Shown piece after piece: positions 49,051 through 57,328 of a stretch of 64,000 nucleotides of DNA (within the stretch, counting starts at the first letter, position 1; each line of letters opens with the position of its first letter). The DNA lies in the IMG/VR virus record IMGVR_UViG_3300032093_000003. One strand, 5' to 3'. This DNA is from a virus (lineage: Duplodnaviria > Heunggongvirae > Uroviricota > Caudoviricetes). Under the pieces are notes generated by a model that was not told the origin of the DNA, did no database searches, and saw only the letters and a program-made list of their open reading frames with translations. Made by a program: the position numbers and the translations under genes.

Positions 49051-49815
49051 ATGATTTACACAACTAAAGCTCAAGCAAAAAAATTAACGGGTATCGGTTA
49101 CCTGGGGTCGGTTAACTTAACTACCAAACATCAGAAGGCGTACAAGTACAATGAACTTACTTATAGTTTATACCTCGCACCCGCAAAGTCAAGTGGTTAT
49201 GAGGTTTGTCCTATGAGAAGTGAAGAATGTACATTGCTATGTTTGAACGAATCGGGAATGAATAAAATGACACAGAAGGTAAAGGGTGATGTTATTAATG
49301 AATCTAGAATTAAAAAAACGAAATTATTCTTTGAACACAGGGAATTTTTTGTTAATTGGATGATAGATGAAATATACACCGCAAAGAAAAAGGCAGATAA
49401 ACTCGGTCACAAGTTCAGTGTTCGTTTAAACAATACATCAGATATAACCCCCGAAAGTTTTTATGTGACATATAAAGGAGAAGTGAGAAATGTATTACAG
49501 ATTTTCCCCGATGTTAAATTTTACGATTACACGAAAGTTCCGAAACGAATTGAATTGTTAAAGAAGTACAATAACTACGATTTAACATTTTCATTTAGTG
49601 GATATAACTTTCCCGATTGTATTAGTATGTTGAATAATGATGTTAGAGTGGCGGTCGTATTTAGAAAAGAATTACCCGAAACTTTCTGGGGTCGTAAAGT
49701 TATTGACGGGGATGAATACGATATGAGATACTACGATGAAAAAAATGTTATTGTAGGTTTGAAATATAAAAGTGTTAGAAACAAGTTAAAGGATGATTAC
49801 AAGTTCGTTGTTTAG
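49051..49815 (+). CDS. Gp88-like protein (Cys-cluster, radical-SAM-like)
   Basis: VCP...CTLLCLNESG, RLNNTSD, FYDYTK and DGDEYDMR motifs. Confidence 0.75.
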   Translation: MIYTTKAQAKKLTGIGYLGSVNLTTKHQKAYKYNELTYSLYLAPAKSSGYEVCPMRSEECTLLCLNESGMNKMTQKVKGDVINESRIKKTKLFFEHREFFVNWMIDEIYTAKKKADKLGHKFSVRLNNTSDITPESFYVTYKGEVRNVLQIFPDVKFYDYTKVPKRIELLKKYNNYDLTFSFSGYNFPDCISMLNNDVRVAVVFRKELPETFWGRKVIDGDEYDMRYYDEKNVIVGLKYKSVRNKLKDDYKFVV

Positions 49816-49906
49816 TAGTTTTTGTTTTGATAGAGAACCCACCAGTAAAATGGTGGGTTTTTTATTGCTGTTACCAGAGCAGATCGCAGCGCAAAGCACA
49901 GTGGAA

Positions 49907-50049
49907 TTTCTGTGGCAGAATAGTTTTATTGATTATCAATGAGTTATGAAAATAGCAAAAGTTGCAAAAGTTGCAGCAACACCAGAGCAAGTTGCCAGAT
50001 TCAGAGCTATGGATTTTCTGTGGCAGACATTTGTATTACGCCACAGAAT
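49907..50049. repeat. spacer element with two left arms (gap 15)
   Basis: TTTCTGTGGC at 49907 and 50015; GCCACAGAAT at 50040. Confidence 0.85.
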
Positions 50050-50182
50050 ATTTTTACCGTGCCGGGCTGGGGTCGTGATCAAAAATATTTTTGCAAAATT
50101 TTAACAAAATATATTTGGATTATAACTTTATCCGTTGTATATTTGTGATGTCATTAATTATTAAACTCTAAATTTTATTAAC

Positions 50183-50638
50183 ATGGGAACTAGATCTCTC
50201 ACAACATTCATTGAAAGATGGAACGATGAAAAGACAGGTAAAAAGAAACAAGTTAAGATTGTAACAATGTATCGTCAAATGGACGGTTACCCCGAAGGAC
50301 ACGGACTTGACCTCGCAGATTTTTTGGCTGGTGGTACTGTTGTTAATGGTTTGCCGATAGGTGTAATTACAGGTGAAGACAAGACACTTTACTTTAATGG
50401 AATGGGTTGTTTGTCCGCACAGGTAATCGGACATTTCAAAACCAATTCTGGAGGAATTTATTTACACAGGGGAGGAATTACCAACTGTTGGGAACAGTAT
50501 CGATATGAGGTTATTGTAGATGAAGACAACCCGAAAGAAATCTTACTCCGTTGTTATGATGTGTATGACCGTAAATGGATATTCGAGGGAAACCCTAAAG
50601 ATTTTGTTAAAAAATACAAAGAAAAAGAAAAAGTATAA
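50183..50638 (+). CDS. conserved phage hypothetical protein
   Basis: MGTRS...YRQMDGYPEGHG motif. Confidence 0.75.
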   Translation: MGTRSLTTFIERWNDEKTGKKKQVKIVTMYRQMDGYPEGHGLDLADFLAGGTVVNGLPIGVITGEDKTLYFNGMGCLSAQVIGHFKTNSGGIYLHRGGITNCWEQYRYEVIVDEDNPKEILLRCYDVYDRKWIFEGNPKDFVKKYKEKEKV

Positions 50639-50711
50639 AAAATATTTTTGTATTATAATTTAAAACTCCGTATATTTGTATCACATTATCTAACAATTTA
50701 AATTTTATTTT

Positions 50712-51254
50712 ATGGGATTAGACCAGTATCTCTCCAAGAAAACTTATGTTAAAAATTGGAGCTTCCACACTAAGGAACAAAAACACACTGTCACCGTTAA
50801 GAAGGGTGGTAAGAAAAGAACCGACATTAACCCTGAAAAAATCTCCTACATTGTTGAGGAAGTAATGTATTGGAGAAAAGCAAATCAAATTCATAATTGG
50901 TTTGTACAGAATGTTCAGGATGGTGAAGATAATTGTCGGGAACATTATGTGGAGAAAGAAAAACTGAAAGAACTTGTTGACACCTGTAAGAAAGTTCGTG
51001 ACAGTTTATTGAAGTCCGAAATCAAATTGGTTCAAGCTGAGGTTGGTTGGGCTAATGGTGAGAAGATGTATGACAATATCGAAGTTTACACCGACACGGA
51101 AGTCGCGGAGGAATTGTTACCACCGAGTCCAGGTTTCTTCTTTGGTTCATATGAGTTCGATAAATGGTATCTTCAGGATATTGAAAATACTATTAACGCG
51201 ATCGAACCACTATTAGACAGTGACGGTGAATTTTATTACGACTCGTCTTGGTAA
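50712..51254 (+). CDS. conserved phage hypothetical protein
   Basis: MGLDQYL, YWRKANQIHNWF and GFFFGS motifs. Confidence 0.75.
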   Translation: MGLDQYLSKKTYVKNWSFHTKEQKHTVTVKKGGKKRTDINPEKISYIVEEVMYWRKANQIHNWFVQNVQDGEDNCREHYVEKEKLKELVDTCKKVRDSLLKSEIKLVQAEVGWANGEKMYDNIEVYTDTEVAEELLPPSPGFFFGSYEFDKWYLQDIENTINAIEPLLDSDGEFYYDSSW

Positions 51255-51328
51255 AAAAATATTGGGGATATTGTTTGGTAAAACGATATCCCCTTTATAT
51301 CTTTGTATCACATTTTAAAATAAATCTT

Positions 51329-52197
51329 ATGACAAAAGAATTGTTACAAACTTGGACAACCAAAGCGAAAGAAGTATTAGAGGGACGAACTATTATATCA
51401 GTCCGTTATCTTAATGATAAAGAAATGGAAATGATGGGTTGGTATAAACGACCTGTCGTGTTCTTCCTCGACAACGGAACATCCTGTATTCTCTCTATGG
51501 ACGACGAGGGTAATGATGGTGGTGTTTTATTCTATGGTAAAGATGGTGTATTACCTACACTTTAAAATAAATCTATATGAGAAGTTTTTTAGAATTAAAA
51601 ACAGCAATAACAAACGGTGTTCCATTAGTATGGAATGACCCTGACCCAATCAAAGGTACTGATTATACAATCACATACATTGAACCACTAGATGAAATTG
51701 ATGATGATGAAGACCCAATGGGTTATCCAATTCTAATTCAATATGGGGGTTCAGAAGCTCAGGTTTATTTACATGAAATCATTTTAAAATAAATCTATAT
51801 GAAAAAACGAATTAAAGTTAGGTTCAATCTCGGTAGAGGTAAGAACTATCTAAAATGGAAAATCGAATATCCATCAGGTGAGGTAGAGTATCATTATCCT
51901 ATCAATGTACAACTCGTAATGAAGAACTGTCAGCTTAAGAACAACAGGAATGCCGCTGAGAAGATTTATAAAAATCAATCACACAAAGTCGTTTGTGCTT
52001 GGGTACTCTGTGAGGATATCGATGTGAAGTTCGATAAATTTAAGGCGTATGACACGATGGATCTGGATCGATTAACATACAATCCAAGAAGATTACCATA
52101 TTGGGTGAAAGATGATGGTTATCTAATGTGTATGGATGGAGTAACAGTAAATGAAATTGGAACAGTGGATTATAAATTATTCATAACTAAAAATTAA
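51329..52197 (+). other. three small hypothetical CDS (51329..51565, 51577..51792, 51799..52197)
   Basis: Abutting ORFs with a repeated AAATAAATCT(A)TATG start context. Confidence 0.65.
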
Positions 52198-52201
52198 AAC
52201 T

Positions 52202-52798
52202 ATGCCAAATTGGTGTTCAAACTCAATCACCATAACAGGTGATGAGGAAAAAATTAAATTCTTAAAGAATGTAATTGAGAATGGTATCCCCACTGAAAAA
52301 CGACAGGAAGCGAATGTTTTCATGACTCTCGTCGGAATTCCTCCTGACATGAATCTGTATGAATATGAACAGAAGTGGTATGGAACCAACATAGATAATT
52401 GGGGGACCAAATGGGATGTGGCATATAATGAATCTTATTTCTCTTTTGAGGATACTGAAATAACCATGTCACCTGATACAGCTTGGTCACCACCAATTGG
52501 ATTTGCTCAAAGTTTGGCAAGGAACTATGGGGTAAAGGTGGAGATGTACTATGAGGAACCAGGTTCCGACTTCTGTGGTAAAACTATAATCACTGAAGAT
52601 GGTACGTTGACGGAGGAGGATTATGATTTTGTACATGGGAAATATGTCTTTGATAAAGAAGGTTTTTGGAATGAAATTATAAATAATATAGAGTTTGCAA
52701 AAGAAGATGATGTATCTTTGGAAAACTTCATATTGGATTATGGTTATGTGAATGAAGAAGACAAAAAAGAGATTGAGAAATTATATAATGAATCATAG
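52202..52798 (+). CDS. YubB/DUF1281 (Api92-like) ferredoxin-fold protein
   Basis: MPNWCSN, NWGTKW, TAWSPP and YEEPG motifs. Confidence 0.75.
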   Translation: MPNWCSNSITITGDEEKIKFLKNVIENGIPTEKRQEANVFMTLVGIPPDMNLYEYEQKWYGTNIDNWGTKWDVAYNESYFSFEDTEITMSPDTAWSPPIGFAQSLARNYGVKVEMYYEEPGSDFCGKTIITEDGTLTEEDYDFVHGKYVFDKEGFWNEIINNIEFAKEDDVSLENFILDYGYVNEEDKKEIEKLYNES

Positions 52799-52843
52799 TT
52801 TTTATTTTTAACCAGCTGTTTATACAGCACAAATCAAACAAGT

Positions 52844-53323
52844 ATGGGTAGAGTTAACAAACTTACAGAGGGTGTGTTCACCAGTATCGTAGGTAATCAA
52901 ACAATCATTCCTTCGTATGACAAATTCTTAAATGTTCAGGACGATTTAAAAAAACCGAGTCAGGAACTTAAGAAATTAATCACACAATACAAGAAAGAAA
53001 TAACATCAAATAAAACAATATTTGAGAAGTTAGCAAAGCTTGAGGATGTGATTATGCAGATCCGTACACGGGACAACCTGTCCAATGATATGATCAAATT
53101 GAACATTGTCCGTGAGTACATCTACGCTCGTATTCCTTTCCATCGTAACGATAAGGAATCAAACGACATCCGTGTCATCGTTGGATTAACTGAATTCAAT
53201 GGTGTGGAAGTGGACAAGATGTATGACAACAAAGAGTTTATGGACAAAGCCAAGAATAAATTGGTTGAGGCTATGAACGAGATTATTAACCAAAATTTGG
53301 AAACTGTAAATAAAATAGATTAA
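52844..53323 (+). CDS. hypothetical coiled-coil protein
   Basis: 159-aa ORF. Confidence 0.7.
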   Translation: MGRVNKLTEGVFTSIVGNQTIIPSYDKFLNVQDDLKKPSQELKKLITQYKKEITSNKTIFEKLAKLEDVIMQIRTRDNLSNDMIKLNIVREYIYARIPFHRNDKESNDIRVIVGLTEFNGVEVDKMYDNKEFMDKAKNKLVEAMNEIINQNLETVNKID

Positions 53324-53324
53324 T

Positions 53325-54242
53325 ATGAAAAAGATTAACAATGTATTATCATTATGTGACGGTATCTCAATGTTCCAATACGCATTGAAAAAATCAGGAA
53401 TTGAGTACAAGAATTATTTTTCAGGTGAGATCAGTGAAACTGCTATGAGTATAGCAATGAAGAATTTCCCGAAAACAAAACAACTTGGTGATATCCGTAA
53501 CATCAAAGGAAAAAATTTACCTGAGATCGATATTATGGTTGCGGGATTTCCTTGTCAACAATTCTCAAGAGCAGGTAATGAAGATGGATTAACAGATATT
53601 CACGGAAATGTTCTCGACACATACAAGAAGTATCGTGAAGCCGATAAAAAGGGATGGATTAGAGAAGGATCTCAATCACACATTTTTTGGGAAGTATATA
53701 GGATCTTCAAAGAAGTTAAACCGAAGTATTTCATTTTTGAGAATGTTAAAATGGATCCAAAGTGGATGTACATCATATCAACATCTTTCGGTGTTAGTCC
53801 CATCTTAATAGATTCAAAATTGGTTTCCGCTCAACATCGTGAGAGATACTATTGGACAAATATTCCTGGTGCTATAATTCCAAAAGATAAAGGAATTCAT
53901 CTTTCAAGTATTATTCCTGATGCGATCGGTGGACACGGTGTTAGAAACATTGATACAGGTAAGAAAACTCCTGAAGGTAAAAAAGTTTGGCGTAAGAACG
54001 CTACAACAAGAAAAGATGGTAAGGCCAACTGTTTAACAACAAGAAAGGGTAACTGTTCCAAAGTGGAATTAAAGGACGGAACCATTAGACAAATCACCAT
54101 CGAGGAAGCTGAACAACTTCAAAATCTCCCGAAGAACTATACCAAAGTTCCTGGTGTTGCTGAAGGTAAGAGGTGGCACGCCATCGGTAATGGGTTCACC
54201 GTCAATGTATTTGTTCACCTATTAAAAGGTCTTAAAAAATAA
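53325..54242 (+). CDS. DNA (cytosine-5) methyltransferase
   Basis: Motif I LSLCDGIS, IV GFPCQ, VI FENV, VIII QHRERYYW and X GNGF. Confidence 0.9.
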   Translation: MKKINNVLSLCDGISMFQYALKKSGIEYKNYFSGEISETAMSIAMKNFPKTKQLGDIRNIKGKNLPEIDIMVAGFPCQQFSRAGNEDGLTDIHGNVLDTYKKYREADKKGWIREGSQSHIFWEVYRIFKEVKPKYFIFENVKMDPKWMYIISTSFGVSPILIDSKLVSAQHRERYYWTNIPGAIIPKDKGIHLSSIIPDAIGGHGVRNIDTGKKTPEGKKVWRKNATTRKDGKANCLTTRKGNCSKVELKDGTIRQITIEEAEQLQNLPKNYTKVPGVAEGKRWHAIGNGFTVNVFVHLLKGLKK

Positions 54243-54293
54243 ATTTTGTGGAAAACATTTCACATATTATATTTGTAATCTAAATCCAAGTGT

Positions 54294-54641
54294 ATGACAA
54301 ATAGCAATAGAATGTTAGTTCAGGATCTACAGAAACAACTGATCAATAAGGTTCTTTCCTTTATGGATGAGAATGATTTAAATATGGTGGAATTAAAAAC
54401 CCCACTCAGGATCTTTGTTGAAGAACCATCATTTGATGATTATGTTATGGTTCCAATTGTGGCGAGGTCATTGTATGCTGATGGTTCCATCGGAGCTTAT
54501 GATGAAGAAATAAAGATCGAGAACTGTAGTATCTACGAGATCGCATACATAATGGATGTTCTCGAGAGTGGGGACTACACGGTAGATGAAGACGACTTTA
54601 TCGATCCCGCTGGTGGACGAGGATTACATTCTCACATTTAA
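54294..54641 (+). CDS. hypothetical protein
   Basis: 115-aa ORF. Confidence 0.65.
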   Translation: MTNSNRMLVQDLQKQLINKVLSFMDENDLNMVELKTPLRIFVEEPSFDDYVMVPIVARSLYADGSIGAYDEEIKIENCSIYEIAYIMDVLESGDYTVDEDDFIDPAGGRGLHSHI

Positions 54642-54666
54642 ATTTCGTAACTCAAAACTCAAGTAT

Positions 54667-55239
54667 ATGCACACTATCAATCTCGGAAAAAAAGTGGTCG
54701 TATCCGACCCTTGTTACACCATCCCAACTTGGTGTCAAGCTGTAATCGAAAATGTAAAACCCGGCGTGTATCACACGACAGTCAGGAAACACGACGCTGG
54801 TGATTGGGGAAATCGTTGTTCAATGGTCTTTGCAATCCACGAGGAGTATGTTAACTTTGATCACCTGTTACACGGGAAATGGGAAGAACACCCAGCATCC
54901 ATCGGAGTTGACTCGGGTCAATGTGGGATCTTTTCTTTTGAATCCTACAGGAATGACGAAGTTAAGTTCGATTTCGAACCATATGACTTCGGTAATGATT
55001 ACCTTAGTAATAATGAGGGTGGTGACCTGTGGTATCGTCATATGTGTAAACACACATTGAGTGATCAATCTTGGGGAGTGTATGACAGTGGGATTGTTTC
55101 CAGTTCAGGATTCGGAGATGGAGCTTATCAATTGTATGTTGTTAAGAAACGAAACAAGATCGTGGCCTTCGCCATTGACTTTGGAGTTGAGGAGGGTAAG
55201 TACATCGACTTCGATTACAGGAAGAAAGAATTAGTTTAA
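54667..55239 (+). CDS. DUF4241-like protein
   Basis: SDPCY, VDSGQCG and SGFGDGAY motifs. Confidence 0.65.
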   Translation: MHTINLGKKVVVSDPCYTIPTWCQAVIENVKPGVYHTTVRKHDAGDWGNRCSMVFAIHEEYVNFDHLLHGKWEEHPASIGVDSGQCGIFSFESYRNDEVKFDFEPYDFGNDYLSNNEGGDLWYRHMCKHTLSDQSWGVYDSGIVSSSGFGDGAYQLYVVKKRNKIVAFAIDFGVEEGKYIDFDYRKKELV

Positions 55240-55305
55240 GAACTTGGTGGTCAAATGACCACCATTTTCATTTAAACCCTATTATAAAAATATAAATCTA
55301 ATATT

Positions 55306-55734
55306 ATGTACTCAGATAACTTGATCAGAATCATCAGACCATCTCAGTGGATTAATTTAATCTATATCGTTCTTGGTATTGCTTTGATCCAAACTATCTT
55401 TGTTCCCCTTCTTGCTGTCATCAAGATGTTGGATGTATATTTTTGGAGATATGAATTCAGGGAGAGGACCATCATTGAAAGAAGGGGAATATTATCCGTG
55501 ACAAGGAAGGAGGTTCACTTCTACAGGATTAAATCCATCAGAATCGACGAACCACTGTGGATGAGAATCTTCGGACTGTCCAAAGTATCCATAATCACCT
55601 CCGATCAATATCATCCTGAATTGGTTTTATACGCTGTATCCGACGGACATTACCTCCGTGAGTACATTAGATCTAACACCGATCAGTGGAGAAAGCTCGA
55701 AGGAGTTAAAGAATTTGACCTATATAACCTATAA
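55306..55734 (+). CDS. bacterial PH-domain (bPH_2) membrane protein
   Basis: N-terminal TM segment; RRGILS...FYRIKSI...RIFGLSKV. Confidence 0.7.
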   Translation: MYSDNLIRIIRPSQWINLIYIVLGIALIQTIFVPLLAVIKMLDVYFWRYEFRERTIIERRGILSVTRKEVHFYRIKSIRIDEPLWMRIFGLSKVSIITSDQYHPELVLYAVSDGHYLREYIRSNTDQWRKLEGVKEFDLYNL

Positions 55735-55888
55735 TTTATGATAAGTAAGATTGCTTGGTTCTTTGATTACTACATCTTGTACTTCCTGTACAATGAGAGA
55801 AAGATCAACAGGTACCATCGTAATATGATCAACAAGTACGGGGACAAATACAGAATACGAATCGACAGGTGAGATATGACCCCTCGAT

Positions 55889-55898
55889 TTTCTGTGGC
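55889..55898. repeat. half spacer element
   Basis: TTTCTGTGGC preceded by ACAGGTGAGAT as in the copies at 46.6 and 48.9 kb. Confidence 0.6.
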
Positions 55899-56022
55899 AA
55901 ATCCATATGGGAGAGGTATGCCCCGACAATAAGTTCTTTGAAATCCTTACTGGGATAAAGTTTTGTTAAAAAAAGTTACGGCAAGATTTTGTTTTCTACC
56001 ATTCATTTTGTATGTTTATGAT

Positions 56023-56235
56023 ATGAAGAAAACAACAACCAAGGCTACTCGTGGAACAGGTTCCAAGACAGCCAACAAGACCCGCCGCACCACTTATGTT
56101 GCGGTAACGAACAATGTTTACCATGACGGTACTAGTTACCGTGTACGTGTAAGTGTTGACGGTATCAAGTACAGCAAGAACTTCACTTCGAAGAAGAATG
56201 CTATTGCTTACCGCAACCAGTTGTTGTCCGCTTAA
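56023..56235 (+). CDS. small basic AP2-like DNA-binding protein
   Basis: YRVRVSVDGIKYSKNFTSKKNAIAYR. Confidence 0.6.
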   Translation: MKKTTTKATRGTGSKTANKTRRTTYVAVTNNVYHDGTSYRVRVSVDGIKYSKNFTSKKNAIAYRNQLLSA

Positions 56236-56328
56236 TTCGGACACAACCTCACACAGGTAAACAATCTCAGTAAGACCTTCGTGGATAAATCCTATACAGG
56301 TGTATGGGACCCACGGGGTCTTTTTACA

Positions 56329-56357
56329 TTACGGACCTCCCTTCGGTCGGTCCTTCA
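56329..56357. repeat. 29-bp hairpin repeat, copy 1
   Basis: TTACGGACCTCCCTTCGGTCGGTCCTTCA. Confidence 0.8.
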
Positions 56358-56418
56358 GGAAAATGAACATCAGATTTTCCGTGGCATAACTATGCTCATT
56401 AATTAACCAAATATATTT

Positions 56419-57249
56419 ATGTGTATGACAAGACTTAAGATGTATGACATACTGAGAGAATCAGAAAAAAGGGAAGAGATAGAAAATAAACTTGATAAGT
56501 ATATAAAATATGAATTAAGTTATGAAGACCAAGACCGAACTTATGAACCCATTGTAATGATGTATAAATCAATGTCCGATGGTGATAAGGTCCATGTCAC
56601 TTTTGAAAACGTACCATTGAATATAAAATCAAATACAATTGATCCAAATATATTCAACACCGCCCTGAACAAACTAGTTGAAAAGTTAAAAGGTAGCGGG
56701 TACACAAGTGAAGATTTTGGTGACCGTAAATTTAGAGTTATCGGTTTTCATGTTATCGTACCAAATCCAGATTATAAATATAGTATTGACTTAGGTGCAC
56801 TTAGTTTTAATTTTCTTAAGTTTGATCTAACCGATTACCTATCCACTTCTCTTAACAATATCGTATACCGTCAGGAATATTCTTTTAAAGATTTATATTC
56901 AGGTGACCTACTTAAAGATGTTGGACCGTTACCAAAGGTAGATGTGGACCTAAAAAAATGGAACGATATTGAATATAAAAAGATATTAACCGCAACAAAA
57001 CACCTTCTTAAAGGTAAGGTTGATGATACCACGTATGACATAAATAATTCACACGTACATATGTTTATTCAGTTGGATCGTAAACTATACAGGGAATCGG
57101 AAAACTATATTCACCCGGTTTTCAAAAGTATGTTAAAGATAAACCTAAGTAAATATTTTTATGAGGATACCGACGAATATGATAAAGTAAAAAATCACAT
57201 CGAGAATAGACTTAAAAAGTTCGGTATAGACAATGTAGAGTTTAATTAA
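56419..57249 (+). CDS. hypothetical protein flanked by hairpin repeats
   Basis: 276-aa ORF; TATTTA before the start, which may be the ATG at 56425. Confidence 0.7.
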   Translation: MCMTRLKMYDILRESEKREEIENKLDKYIKYELSYEDQDRTYEPIVMMYKSMSDGDKVHVTFENVPLNIKSNTIDPNIFNTALNKLVEKLKGSGYTSEDFGDRKFRVIGFHVIVPNPDYKYSIDLGALSFNFLKFDLTDYLSTSLNNIVYRQEYSFKDLYSGDLLKDVGPLPKVDVDLKKWNDIEYKKILTATKHLLKGKVDDTTYDINNSHVHMFIQLDRKLYRESENYIHPVFKSMLKINLSKYFYEDTDEYDKVKNHIENRLKKFGIDNVEFN

Positions 57250-57278
57250 TTACGGGCCTCCCTTCGGTCGGCCCTTCA
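57250..57278. repeat. 29-bp hairpin repeat, copy 2
   Basis: TTACGGGCCTCCCTTCGGTCGGCCCTTCA. Confidence 0.8.
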
Positions 57279-57293
57279 TCCCCGAATATAGTG

Positions 57294-57328
57294 ACCCATA
57301 TGTATGACAAATATATATGGGTTTTTTT
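57294..57328 (+). terminator. intrinsic terminator ending the plus-strand block
   Basis: ACCCATAT/ATATGGGT stem plus T-tract. Confidence 0.7.

Larger units (their letters stand above)
25779..56385. repeat. dispersed family of about 25 GC-rich intergenic spacers with inverted TTTnnnTGGC / GCCAnnnAAA arms
   Basis: Individual copies listed below; nearly all lie between a terminator and the next promoter. Confidence 0.9.

Noticed and set aside
26500-50100. Classical integron (attC cassettes)
   Set aside because: No intI in the window, no consistent RYYYAAC...GTTRRRY ends, and the cassettes carry their own promoters and terminators. The analogy is only architectural.
25779-56385. CRISPR array interpretation of the repeated spacers
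   Set aside because: Copies are degenerate, 0.4-6 kb apart and separated by whole genes; no cas genes and no constant repeat-spacer period.
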